A DNA stretch of 49,599 bases from Syntrophomonadaceae bacterium (GTDB lineage: Bacteria; Bacillota; Syntrophomonadia; Syntrophomonadales; Syntrophomonadaceae). Made by a program: the position numbers and the translations under genes. This document shows, in pieces, positions 37,270 to 46,911 of the stretch. Position 1 is the first letter of the stretch. The number at the start of each line of letters is the position of its first letter. The DNA lies in contig JAQVWB010000001.1 in the NCBI GenBank assembly GCA_028698695.1, forward strand, positions 1 through 49,599, given 5' to 3'. The notes below the pieces were generated by a model. That model made no database searches. It saw nothing but the letters and a program-made list of their open reading frames with translations, and was not told where the DNA came from.

Positions 37270-38445
37270 ATGCTGAAAAGGACATTATCGATAATATTAA
37301 TTGTAATTGCCGGGATGTTTACCGCAGTAATGGTATACGGGTCTCTGAGTCCTAACCAACCGGTAATTATGAATACAGAAGATGAGCTGCCACTTCCCGA
37401 AGAGAAATTGTATGAGACCATAAATATTACTGCTATTGGTGATTGCCTGATGCATAATACGCAGATTTGGTCTGGTCAGCAACCTGATGGAAGCTTTAAT
37501 TTTGATACCTTTTTCGCCTCGGCAAAAAGTCTGATTGAGGAGGGAGATTATAGTTCTGCAAATTTCGAAGCCCCCATGGCCGGACCGGTCAGTGGATATT
37601 CAGGATATCCGGTTTTCAACAGCCCGGATGAAATTGCAGATACGTTCAAACAAGCGGGGATTGATCTGATTATAACAGCCAATAATCATATTCTTGACAA
37701 AGGCTATAAGGGTGCTTTGCGTACCATGGAAGTTTTACATAGTCGGGGATTGGATACCACCGGTACTTATGCTAGTCTGGAAGAGAGTCAGCAGTTTTTA
37801 ATAAAGGATATTCGAGGGGTTAAAGTTGGTTATCTGGCTTACAGTTACTCCACTAATGGTATTCCGGTACCGGAGGAACATCCTTACTTTTTTAATTATT
37901 TACAACCGGAAAAAGTACTACAGGATATTGCCCTGCTTAGACCACAGGTCGATGTTGTTGTCCTGGTTTTGCACTGGGGTCAGGAGTATCAACCCAGACC
38001 AACCGAGGAGCAGCGTAAAATGGCAATTAAGTTTTTGACCGCAGGCGCAGATATTATTCTGGGTAGTCATCCCCATGTGATTCAAACCATGGAAACGATA
38101 AAAATTGAAGACCGGGATGCATTTGTAATTTATTCAATGGGGAATTTTATCAGTCACCAGCGTGGACAGGAGAGAAACAGTGGGATTGTATTAAAAATTG
38201 AACTGGTTAAAAACTTTAAAGATGGCCGGACTAAATTAAAACGTGTAACCTATACCCCAACCTATTCACATTCTTATACTGATAATGGCAGAACTTTTTT
38301 CCGGGTAGTACCGGTTGAAGATACTATTATAAAAATTGAAGCGGGAAAAGAGCCTTATTTATCCCGCAGTGATTTACCAATTTTAAAAAGTGTTTTATCG
38401 CATACCCGTAACCAATTAGGTGATCCCTTCTTCTATGATTCATGA
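37270..38445 (+). CDS. CapA-family (metallophosphatase-like) protein with an N-terminal anchor
   Basis: NITAIGDCLMH, ANNHILD and LHWGQEY motifs typical of the CapA/PGA_cap family. N-terminal TM helix. Confidence 0.8.
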   Translation: MLKRTLSIILIVIAGMFTAVMVYGSLSPNQPVIMNTEDELPLPEEKLYETINITAIGDCLMHNTQIWSGQQPDGSFNFDTFFASAKSLIEEGDYSSANFEAPMAGPVSGYSGYPVFNSPDEIADTFKQAGIDLIITANNHILDKGYKGALRTMEVLHSRGLDTTGTYASLEESQQFLIKDIRGVKVGYLAYSYSTNGIPVPEEHPYFFNYLQPEKVLQDIALLRPQVDVVVLVLHWGQEYQPRPTEEQRKMAIKFLTAGADIILGSHPHVIQTMETIKIEDRDAFVIYSMGNFISHQRGQERNSGIVLKIELVKNFKDGRTKLKRVTYTPTYSHSYTDNGRTFFRVVPVEDTIIKIEAGKEPYLSRSDLPILKSVLSHTRNQLGDPFFYDS

Positions 38446-38502
38446 ACAATTGACAGGCTGCCCCTGTGATATAATAGGGTAATAGAATGGGGGGGTCTTA
38501 TT

Positions 38503-40470
38503 ATGAACAAGTATCCCAGCCTTTTTAAACCAGGTTACATAGGCAAATATCTTATATTAAACCGTTTGGTTATGGCCCCTATGGCTACCGGATATGCATC
38601 TATTTATGGAGAAGTGACGGACCACAATATTGATTATTACGAGAGCCGTGCCCGGGGTGGGGCAGGGTTGATAATTGTTGAAGCTGCCTGTGTTGATTCA
38701 CCGGTTGGCAGGGAAGGTTTTGGGCAAATTCATATCGACCATCCGCATTACATACCGGGGTTATCCCGTCTGGCTACGGCGATTAAATCTCATGGCAGTC
38801 GTGCTTTTATTCAGTTGTTTCATGCCGGAAGACAAACCAGCACAATGGTAACCGAGGGCAATGTGCCGGTTGCCCCCTCTCCTCTGGCCTGCCCATTTAT
38901 GAAAGAGAAGCCCCGTGAGCTTACTGCTGAAGAAATAGATTTGATAAGAAGTAAATTTGTCAGTGCAGCTATGATCGCTAGTATGGCAGGTTTTGACGGG
39001 ATAGAACTTCATGCCGCGCATGGCTATTTGATTAATCAATTTTTATCAGCCAATACCAATCAGCGCAACGATGAATTTGGGGGAACCCTGGAAAATCGCA
39101 TGAGGTTTTTATTGCAAATAATAAGAGATATTAAACAATTTCAACCGGAATTGGCAATCAGCGTGCGTCTTAATATGGATGATTTTGTGGCCGGCGGTTT
39201 ACAGATGGAAGAAAGTCTTGTTATTTGTCAGGCAATTGAGGCCAATGGAGCTGATGCTATCCATTGTTCCTGTGGTACTTATGCGTCTGGTCTTACCAGT
39301 ATTGAACCGGCTTCTTATGAAGAAGGCTGGCGGGTTTATCTGGCAGAAAAGGTTAAGCAGGCAGTGAATATACCGGTTATTACCGGAGGAATAATTCGCA
39401 ATCCGGTCATGGCTGAGAAGATTATCGAATCCGGGCAAGCCGATTTCGTATTTTTGGGCAGGCCTTGGTTGGCTGATTCGGAATGGGCACTTAAAGTATC
39501 CCGGGGGGATGAGCGGGATGTGCGCCCCTGCATTATGTGTAATGAATGCATAGGTAATAATTTCAAGGGTTTACCTACCCATTGTACGGTTAATCCCGGT
39601 ACGGGCAGGGAGCACCGGGGGGTACGGCAAAAAGAGTCTTCCAGCCAATTTCGTGTAGCGGTAGTTGGCAGCGGACCTGCCGGTATGCAAGCAGCTTTGG
39701 CTTTAAATGATGCCGGAATAGCTGTTACTTTATGGGAACAGAAATCCCAACCGGGGGGTATGATGAATATTGCCTGCATCCCTCCCAATAAACAGCGTAT
39801 AAAAGACTTCCGCGATTATTTGTACCGGCAAATTTTACAGAGTGGCGTTGAGATGGTTTTAGGACATGCTTTTGTACCGGAAATGTTAAATGATCATCAT
39901 TTCGACCATATAATCATGGCTACCGGATCAGTACCCAAAACTGTAACCGGATTGGAGACCGACTCAAAATTTTTGTTGTCAATAGAGGAAGTGCTGGAGG
40001 AACAGGTAGTTATTAACGGACAATCAGTAGCCGTGATTGGTGGAGGCGCAAATGGATGTGAAGTTGCTCATTTCCTGCTGGAAAGGGACAATCAGGTTAC
40101 TGTGATTGAACAGCAAAACAAACTGGCGGCTAATTTGGAAAAGAAAACCCGGCGGGATTTACTGGATCATCTGCAATCAGCAGGAGTGGTCACATTAATG
40201 CAAAACTGTGTAACGGGAAGCAACCCTCACCAGCTTTTAGTGGAAGATTCCCAGGGCGGCAGGGGTATTCTCCCCATAGATTTTGCGGTCATAGCTGCCG
40301 GCTATGAACCCGAGCGCAGCCTGTTTCAATCTTTTCAGAATTACGATGTAAGCTTATCAGTTATCGGTGATGCCTGGCAAATAGGCGGAATAAGGCAGGC
40401 TATATTGCAGGGATGGCAGGCAACCGATCAAATTGCGTTAATTGCGAGGAAAAAATATGACACAAATTGA
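38503..40470 (+). CDS. NADH:flavin oxidoreductase / 2,4-dienoyl-CoA reductase-like enzyme (OYE domain, 4Fe-4S, FAD/NAD domain)
   Basis: OYE-type TIM barrel (LVMAPMAT, HAAHGYLINQFLS), cysteine cluster CIMCNECIGNN...C, then dinucleotide fold VAVVGSGPAGM and VAVIGGGANGCE. Confidence 0.88.
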   Translation: MNKYPSLFKPGYIGKYLILNRLVMAPMATGYASIYGEVTDHNIDYYESRARGGAGLIIVEAACVDSPVGREGFGQIHIDHPHYIPGLSRLATAIKSHGSRAFIQLFHAGRQTSTMVTEGNVPVAPSPLACPFMKEKPRELTAEEIDLIRSKFVSAAMIASMAGFDGIELHAAHGYLINQFLSANTNQRNDEFGGTLENRMRFLLQIIRDIKQFQPELAISVRLNMDDFVAGGLQMEESLVICQAIEANGADAIHCSCGTYASGLTSIEPASYEEGWRVYLAEKVKQAVNIPVITGGIIRNPVMAEKIIESGQADFVFLGRPWLADSEWALKVSRGDERDVRPCIMCNECIGNNFKGLPTHCTVNPGTGREHRGVRQKESSSQFRVAVVGSGPAGMQAALALNDAGIAVTLWEQKSQPGGMMNIACIPPNKQRIKDFRDYLYRQILQSGVEMVLGHAFVPEMLNDHHFDHIIMATGSVPKTVTGLETDSKFLLSIEEVLEEQVVINGQSVAVIGGGANGCEVAHFLLERDNQVTVIEQQNKLAANLEKKTRRDLLDHLQSAGVVTLMQNCVTGSNPHQLLVEDSQGGRGILPIDFAVIAAGYEPERSLFQSFQNYDVSLSVIGDAWQIGGIRQAILQGWQATDQIALIARKKYDTN

Positions 40471-41143
40471 TGAGACTATTTGGCAGGAACAACAACGCAT
40501 TATGCAATTGCATATATTTGAGCAGGAGGCATATCAGCGGGGATTCAAAGCTGTGGCGGGTATTGATGAAGTAGGCAGGGGACCTATTGCCGGCCCGGTA
40601 GTGGCAGGAGCAGTTATTCTACCCCGGGATTTTTTTCTGGCCGGAGTAGATGACTCGAAAAAGTTATCAGCATCTAAAAGAGAATATTTAGCCCAGGAAA
40701 TAAAAAAATATGCTTTATCATGGGCAGTTGCATACATATTTTGTCCTCGGTTGGATGAAATAAATATTTATCAGGCTACCATCGAAGCCATGAAACTGGC
40801 AGTAGCCAATCTAAATCCCCAACCGGATTTTTTACTGATTGATGCCATGAAATTATCCGATATAAGTATTAAGCAACAGTCTATTATTAAAGGTGATACT
40901 TTAAGTATGTCCATAGCATGTGCTTCGATTATTGCCAAAGTTGAGCGGGATAACCTGATGAAGCGATTGGATGAAGTTTATCCTGGATATTTTTTTGCTC
41001 AGCATAAGGGTTATGCAACCCGCGGGCATATTGAGGCTTTAATGGCCAACGGACCATGTCCTTTGCACAGAGTTAGTTTTGAACCGGTTAAATCGCTGGT
41101 TTCAGGAGGTAATTATGGAGAGCAGCCAGGTCTCTTTAAGTAA
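40457..41143 (+). CDS. rnhB: ribonuclease HII
   Basis: GIDEVGRGPIAGPVV and DDSKKL motifs. ATG 40457 follows GAGGAAAAAA. 14-nt overlap with the upstream gene. Confidence 0.93.
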   Translation: MTQIDETIWQEQQRIMQLHIFEQEAYQRGFKAVAGIDEVGRGPIAGPVVAGAVILPRDFFLAGVDDSKKLSASKREYLAQEIKKYALSWAVAYIFCPRLDEINIYQATIEAMKLAVANLNPQPDFLLIDAMKLSDISIKQQSIIKGDTLSMSIACASIIAKVERDNLMKRLDEVYPGYFFAQHKGYATRGHIEALMANGPCPLHRVSFEPVKSLVSGGNYGEQPGLFK

Positions 41144-42746
41144 GGTCATGTTTAATATTCTCAGTCCCAATGAACAGGGATTGCAGTTGAATAAAGGCGA
41201 AATACTGAGGGGAGTAGTTCAGGATATAAAACTGGACGGACTGGTTGTTCTGGCGCTTAAAGGCAGAATGATTGAAGCCCTGACTGAAGTGGCAGTTAGC
41301 AAAGGACAGCAGCTGTTTTTACAGGTAGATGATTTTCGTAACGGCAAAGCCTATTTGAAAGTTTTAACACCTCAGGCACTGGAAACCGCGGAGAAAGCTA
41401 ATTTATCAGCTAATTTGAAAGAGATTGGGCTACCGGTCAGGGACAGTAATATTATCATGGCTCAGAAACTAATCCAATATGAATTACCGGTTAGCAAAGC
41501 AATGATGAGTGAATTAGCCAGAGGTGTAGCTCTATTGGGTGAAAGTTCTGACCGTAATCTGGAATTGACCGCTTTTGCTCTTAAAAACCAGATTCCTGTT
41601 ACGCGGGAAGCATTAACTCTGCTGGCTCAATCAGCTTCATCAACTAATAATAATATTGCTCGTTTAGTGCAGGATTTGGTACAGGTGTTAAACAAACTCA
41701 CTCAGAGTCCAAGTACAACCATGGGTCAAAACCCAAACATTTCCCAAACTTCGGTTAATAACCCTCTTAATACAGGTCAAACTGCGAATCCGGCTACAGT
41801 CACCCCAAACCCAAATCAGACTTCACCTATGCCATCATATATGACCGGCATAAATAGCGACATAGTTGCATCTCAAGACAACCAGGCCTCCAAAGGCTCA
41901 ACTGCTCCTTTGTACGGTCGGGGGGGAGAACCCTTGGCAATTAATTTAACCGGTGCATCTAATCCTGCCCCGGCAGCGGATGGACGAACTATGATTATTG
42001 CCCCGACAGGTGAAACTAATCCAACTTTTCCGGCAAGCGGCGATATAACTTCCGGTCAGCGCCTGGCTCAGGTTTTGAATATGTTGACCAGCCTGCTGAG
42101 TGAGGCAGAAGTTGCGATAGGGGATAAAGATTCTTTAGGGACACGTTTACAGCAGTTAATGCAGACAAGACCGGAATTAGTCAGACATATAACCTGGTTA
42201 AAAAATATTCTGGAAAATGAAATTCAGACTAACCGCACTCCGCAGTTAACTGAACTGGTTAGCAAATTAGGTGGACTGGAAAAGGAACTGGCCTCCCAGC
42301 AACTATTCAATGCAGTGAGCCGACCAGCTTCCGAAGCGCCTTTGCCGTATTTTTATTTTTCTTTTCCGGTTAAAATGGATAATGATCTATATCATTGCGA
42401 ATTGCGGTTAAATCGTGAGAATAAACGGGATCTCAAATCTATGGACCATATTCGCTTTATTGTTTCGCTGGATACTTCCCGAATGGGATTGGTGGTTTTT
42501 CATGTCGACTGGGATAAAACCGGAATACTGGAAATACAGGGAGTGGTTCAAAACTCGATTGTAAAGGACCACTTGAGCGCTAATGCTGCCAGTCTGGAAA
42601 ATGAATTATCGGCTCTGGGATATAAGGTAGTCGATCGGGGCATAAAGGTAGCAAAATCTGCTGCTGATTTACCTGGCGAGCGTCTGCAATTTTCTGAAAT
42701 AGAAGCTCCGGCAATAGGAAGATTCAGTATTGATGTTATTGTATAG
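41115..42746 (+). CDS. FliK-like hook-length-control-domain protein (YlqG-like)
   Basis: ATG is 5 nt after AGGAGG. The central region is N/Q/P/T-rich low complexity. The C-terminal ~150 aa resemble a Flg_hook domain. Position after rnhB matches B. subtilis ylqG. Confidence 0.6.
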   Translation: MESSQVSLSKVMFNILSPNEQGLQLNKGEILRGVVQDIKLDGLVVLALKGRMIEALTEVAVSKGQQLFLQVDDFRNGKAYLKVLTPQALETAEKANLSANLKEIGLPVRDSNIIMAQKLIQYELPVSKAMMSELARGVALLGESSDRNLELTAFALKNQIPVTREALTLLAQSASSTNNNIARLVQDLVQVLNKLTQSPSTTMGQNPNISQTSVNNPLNTGQTANPATVTPNPNQTSPMPSYMTGINSDIVASQDNQASKGSTAPLYGRGGEPLAINLTGASNPAPAADGRTMIIAPTGETNPTFPASGDITSGQRLAQVLNMLTSLLSEAEVAIGDKDSLGTRLQQLMQTRPELVRHITWLKNILENEIQTNRTPQLTELVSKLGGLEKELASQQLFNAVSRPASEAPLPYFYFSFPVKMDNDLYHCELRLNRENKRDLKSMDHIRFIVSLDTSRMGLVVFHVDWDKTGILEIQGVVQNSIVKDHLSANAASLENELSALGYKVVDRGIKVAKSAADLPGERLQFSEIEAPAIGRFSIDVIV

Positions 42747-42754
42747 GAGGAACC

Positions 42755-43024
42755 ATGCAGGACGATAAATTAATGGACAAGGCGGTAGCTCTGAGATACA
42801 ATCCGGATCAGGATGAAGCCCCGGTTGTAGTTGCCAAGGGACGGGGTTATATAGCTGAGCGAATCAGGGAAATTGCCCGGGAGTCCGGTGTATTGGTAAA
42901 AGAAGACCGGCAATTGGCGGACTATCTTATGGCACTGGATTTATATGAAGAAATACCTTCGGAATTATATCCGGTAATTGCAGAAATTCTGGCTTTTATT
43001 TTCCGTATGAATCAAAAGATGTAA
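42755..43024 (+). CDS. FlhB C-terminal-domain-like protein (EscU/YscU/HrcU family fragment, YlqH-like)
   Basis: 89 aa. AVALRYNPDQDEAPVVVAKGRGYIAERIREIA...IPSELYPVIAEILAFI matches the FlhB segment downstream of the NPTH cleavage site. No TM region. Confidence 0.8.
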   Translation: MQDDKLMDKAVALRYNPDQDEAPVVVAKGRGYIAERIREIARESGVLVKEDRQLADYLMALDLYEEIPSELYPVIAEILAFIFRMNQKM

Positions 43025-43035
43025 GCGGGGAAAAG

Positions 43036-43383
43036 ATGAATCATCAGTTAGGGAAAAAAGGCGAAGCTATGGCCGCCGAATATCTACGCAGGAAGGGTTA
43101 TCAGATTGTAAAACAGAACTTTTATACCCGGTATGGCGAGGTGGACATAATATGTACTCAGGGACGGGATATAATATTTGTGGAAGTTAAAACTCGTACC
43201 AATACTAAATTTGGCCTTCCTGAGGAAGCTATAACCTATAAGAAAAAACAGCACATCAGAAAAGCAGCTCTGATTTATTTAAATCAGACTGAGGGTAGTT
43301 TCAAAGAGTTGCGATTTGATGTAATAACTATTTTGTTTGATGGTGACCATGCCAACATAAATCATATCGAGAACGCTTTTTAG
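43036..43383 (+). CDS. yraN: YraN-family (UPF0102) endonuclease-like protein
   Basis: 115 aa. GEVDIIC...IIFVEVKTR restriction-endonuclease-like core. Confidence 0.88.
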   Translation: MNHQLGKKGEAMAAEYLRRKGYQIVKQNFYTRYGEVDIICTQGRDIIFVEVKTRTNTKFGLPEEAITYKKKQHIRKAALIYLNQTEGSFKELRFDVITILFDGDHANINHIENAF

Positions 43384-43400
43384 TTGAGGTGATTGACCAA

Positions 43401-44255
43401 ATGAAACCTGGAATCGGAGCTCATTTGCCCATAGGAAAAGGACTTAAACATACCATTGATGAAGCGGTTAACATAGGAGCAGAAGCTTTACAGGTATTTT
43501 TGCGTAATCCACGGGGAAGAGGTGCCAGAGAATTTTCTCAGGAGGAAATAGACTATTTTATAGCGAAAAAAGAAGAGCATAATATTAATCCGGTAGTTGT
43601 GCATATACCCTATATATGCAATCCGGCTGCCGCCAAAGAAGATATCTATGCGTTTGCCCTGGAAGTTGTGGAACATGATTTGATTCGTTGTGACCAGGTC
43701 AAGGCTGATTATTTAGTGCTGCACCCCGGTTCCTATACTACTTCTACACCGGAGCAGGGCATGGAAAGAGTGGCGGCATTGTTAAACCGGGTATTGGAGA
43801 AATACACCGGCAACACCATGATCCTTCTGGAGACCATGGCTGGTCAGGGTACAGAATTAGGCCGTAACTTTGATGAGTTATATAGTATAATTCAAAAGGT
43901 AGATAACCGTGAGCAGGTGGGGATATGTTTTGACACCTGTCATACTTTTGCTGCCGGATATTCCTGGTCTACTGACGAAGAAATGCAAAATTTACTGGCG
44001 GCCATGGACAACCTATTTGGCAGAGAGCAGGTAAAAGTAATTCATGTAAACGATAGTGAGAAAGAACAGGGTATGCATCGTGACCGTCATGCTCACATAG
44101 GAGAGGGAATGATTGGAATAGACGGCTTTTTGAAACTAATACAAAATGATTTTTTCAAAAGTCGTCCCTTTATTCTGGAAACTCCTTTTGAAGGTGTGAT
44201 GAACGATATAAATATTCTAAAAGAACTAAGAAGTAACAGGGGGATAAAAAAGTGA
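43401..44255 (+). CDS. nfo: deoxyribonuclease IV (endonuclease IV)
   Basis: VVHIPYICNPA, LVLHPGS, LETMAGQG, CFDTCHTFAAGY, IHVNDS metal-site motifs. ATG 43401 follows GAGGTGA. Confidence 0.9.
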   Translation: MKPGIGAHLPIGKGLKHTIDEAVNIGAEALQVFLRNPRGRGAREFSQEEIDYFIAKKEEHNINPVVVHIPYICNPAAAKEDIYAFALEVVEHDLIRCDQVKADYLVLHPGSYTTSTPEQGMERVAALLNRVLEKYTGNTMILLETMAGQGTELGRNFDELYSIIQKVDNREQVGICFDTCHTFAAGYSWSTDEEMQNLLAAMDNLFGREQVKVIHVNDSEKEQGMHRDRHAHIGEGMIGIDGFLKLIQNDFFKSRPFILETPFEGVMNDINILKELRSNRGIKK

Positions 44256-45076
44256 TAATTTACGGGAAGGAAATTAGGGGGAAAATCCAGCAGCAGCTAC
44301 AGGAGGAAGCCAAAAATATCAAATTAAATCTTGTAGTAGTTCATATTGGCGATGATCAGCCATCCGAGGCCTATATCAGGGGTATACGCAAATTTGCTCA
44401 TGAAACCGGAGTGGAAGTGGATGTATACAGCCTTTCTGCCGGCACCAAACAGGTACAGGCAGAGCGGATTATACGGGAACTGAATAATGACCCGGATGTA
44501 AATGGGATTATGATGCAAAAACCTTTGCCCGAACATCTGGATGGCAATTTGCTGACCAACCTGATTGATTATCATAAAGATGTGGAAGGAATTCATAACT
44601 ACAATCTGGGTAAACTTATAAGCCGGCAGGAAGGGGTAAAACCAGCTACTCCGAAAGCAGTTGTTCGTATGCTTAAATACAACGATATTCCGATAGAGGG
44701 TCGCAAAGTAACCATTGTAGGCCGCAGTACTATATTGGGCAATCCTCTGGCAGTAATGATGACTTCGGAAAACGGTACAGTAACCCTTTGTCATACCCGA
44801 ACCCGTGATTTGAAAAATGAAACCCGCAATGCGGATATTTTGGTAGCTGCTTTGGGAAAAATGAACTTTATTACTCCGGATATGGTCAAAGAGGGCGGGG
44901 TAATAATAGATGCGGGTATTAATTTTGATGCCAATGGCAAAATGTTTGGCGATGTTCATGAGGATGCCCGGGCCAAAGCCGGCATAGCCAGTGCGGTGCC
45001 AGGCGGAGTTGGCGTAATTACTGTTGCTGAGCTGTTTGATAATCTGTTTATTCTTAACCGTCAATTGAGCAAATAA
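44252..45076 (+). CDS. folD: bifunctional methylenetetrahydrofolate dehydrogenase/cyclohydrolase
   Basis: VGRSTILGNPLA and PGGVGVITVA motifs. GTGA overlap with nfo. Confidence 0.93.
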   Translation: MIIYGKEIRGKIQQQLQEEAKNIKLNLVVVHIGDDQPSEAYIRGIRKFAHETGVEVDVYSLSAGTKQVQAERIIRELNNDPDVNGIMMQKPLPEHLDGNLLTNLIDYHKDVEGIHNYNLGKLISRQEGVKPATPKAVVRMLKYNDIPIEGRKVTIVGRSTILGNPLAVMMTSENGTVTLCHTRTRDLKNETRNADILVAALGKMNFITPDMVKEGGVIIDAGINFDANGKMFGDVHEDARAKAGIASAVPGGVGVITVAELFDNLFILNRQLSK

Positions 45077-45097
45077 TGGCTTAAATAACGACCAAAT

Positions 45098-45132
45098 AAA
45101 AACTATCCACTGTTATCAGCTGGATAGTTTTT
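45098..45132. terminator. bidirectional intrinsic terminator between folD and the thioesterase gene
   Basis: AAAAACTATCCA...TGGATAGTTTTT with an inner CTG/CAG extension. A-run upstream and T-run downstream. Confidence 0.75.
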
Positions 45133-45167
45133 GCTATTCCTCAGGCATAAAATTATGAACTAATATC

Positions 45168-45659
45168 CTAATATAAGGACATCCAGCAAATCTTCGGGTT
45201 TTCTTTGCGTTCCTTACTGCGCTGCCGACCTTCCTCAAATTCGGCTTCTTCAACTGGATTTTGTAATTCCAGTTGGGGGATTTTTTTAGCCTTCAAATTC
45301 TCATCCAAAGCCACAAAAGTAAAATAAGCGGTCATACAGCATTGTTTCGTACCCTGCAGCAAGTCTTCTGCATCAATATTCACTGCTATTTCCATAGAAG
45401 AGTTGGAAACATAGGTTATATTGGCTTTACAGGTAGCCATATTACCCATATAGATGGGCGCGTGAAAATTAATATTATCTATGGCTGCGGTTACTACAAT
45501 TGAACGTGAATGTTTAGTGGCACAGGCGCCGGCACAATTATCCATCATCTTGAGCAGTTCACCACCGTGGGCAGTTCCCGCCGGATTGGTCTGTGAGGGT
45601 AGAATGATCTGACTTAATGTAGTTGCGCTTTCTGCAATAGTTCTTGTGGGTTGATCCAT
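45168..45659 (-). CDS. acyl-CoA thioesterase (hotdog fold)
   Basis: NPAGTAHGGELLKMMD motif. ATG 45659 is 8 nt after AGGAGG (the ORF extends to GTG 45668). Confidence 0.85.
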   Translation of the reverse strand: MDQPTRTIAESATTLSQIILPSQTNPAGTAHGGELLKMMDNCAGACATKHSRSIVVTAAIDNINFHAPIYMGNMATCKANITYVSNSSMEIAVNIDAEDLLQGTKQCCMTAYFTFVALDENLKAKKIPQLELQNPVEEAEFEEGRQRSKERKENPKICWMSLY

Positions 45660-45721
45660 GTGTTCCACCTCCTGATAGAATTTATACTAAAGGAAAAAGC
45701 TGTGTTTTACAAGAAAATTTG

Positions 45722-46723
45722 CTATCCCGGTGATTTACGGTTATAAAGATAACTGCCATTCACCAGTGTATATTCAACCTTACCTTCATTAAGTAACGAT
45801 TGCAGATAGGCTAGGGTTTCGGCCAGCAGTAGTCTTCTGATATGTATATAGGTTTGGGATTTGGAAAGAGTTTTAGCCAGTTCCCAGGCTGTCATAGGTT
45901 GCCGCAAATTATCATAAATCACAGCTTTCCTTTTATTGTGATGATTGTTGATGAGAGTAATTCTTTCATTTATATTGGAAAACACCTGACCATGACCAGG
46001 CAGCACCGTATCAATGGATAATGGCTGCAGCTGGTTTAATGCTGATAGATGTATGTCGCAGGGATTGTCAATACTATTGTGTGGCCAGTCAGTCAGATGT
46101 AATAATGTATGGCCGACTATATTATCCCCTGAAAAAAGAACCTGGTTTTGCTCGCTATGAAACACACAATGCCCGTCAGTATGGCCGGGGATAGCTATAA
46201 TGTCATAATCCTGCCCGTTCAGGGATAATATCCGGTCCTGATGCAAGGGGGCAAGTACCGGCAGCGGCTCCAGCAGCGGTTTAATACTGATGAAATCATT
46301 CTCCAGTTCGCGTACCATATCCAATGGCCAGGCTGCCTTTACACACGTACCATAAACTTTATCCATGTACGAATCGCTGCTTATATATGTGTTAAAAGCC
46401 ATAATATCAGGCGGAGACAGATACACTGAGGCGTCACATTTTTCCTGCAACCATCCTGCCAAACCGATATGATCATGATGATGATGAGTCAGATAAATAC
46501 TGGAGATGTGACGCCAGGTAATACCTATTGCAGCTAAAACAGCTTTTAAAACTTCCCGGTTTTCTTTGCGGTTGACCCCGGTGTCAATGAGTGCCCAGCC
46601 ATGTTCAGTTTCAGCCAGGAAACAATTATTTTCTTTCAGGGGAAAGGGCATGGGCATTTTTATAATATAAATACCCTTTGCCTCTTTTAACCATCCCCCA
46701 TCCCGGAGTTGCTGAGCATCCAA
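45722..46723 (-). CDS. MBL-fold metallo-hydrolase with a C-terminal winged-helix-like tail
   Basis: HHHHDHIG (HxHxDH) plus downstream His/Asp ligands (PGHTDGH, LPGHG). TTG 46723 is 6 nt after GGAGGA (the ORF extends to 46738). Confidence 0.8.
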   Translation of the reverse strand: MDAQQLRDGGWLKEAKGIYIIKMPMPFPLKENNCFLAETEHGWALIDTGVNRKENREVLKAVLAAIGITWRHISSIYLTHHHHDHIGLAGWLQEKCDASVYLSPPDIMAFNTYISSDSYMDKVYGTCVKAAWPLDMVRELENDFISIKPLLEPLPVLAPLHQDRILSLNGQDYDIIAIPGHTDGHCVFHSEQNQVLFSGDNIVGHTLLHLTDWPHNSIDNPCDIHLSALNQLQPLSIDTVLPGHGQVFSNINERITLINNHHNKRKAVIYDNLRQPMTAWELAKTLSKSQTYIHIRRLLLAETLAYLQSLLNEGKVEYTLVNGSYLYNRKSPG

Positions 46724-46911
46724 AGTAACTTCCTCCAATTGTTGTTATATATACTATTATTTATCCAATTGATGCTTATAGCAAGTATTATATAACCTCG
46801 TAGGCTCATGCACTATTTTCCGCCTTTATTAATAACATGTATCAAAGTTTCAGGGCAGAAGGGCATGGAAGATAAACCCGGCTTTATCTTCTCTGTTAGA
46901 GGAGGCTATGA

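Noticed and set aside
39336-39788. 150-aa minus-strand ORF inside the OYE-like reductase gene
   Set aside because: It is antisense to a gene with clear flavoenzyme and Fe-S motifs, and has no independent signals.
44324-45064. 246-aa ORF antisense to folD
   Set aside because: It is a shadow ORF fully inside the strongly supported folD gene. The protein is Ile/Asn/Phe/Tyr-rich with no motifs and no RBS.
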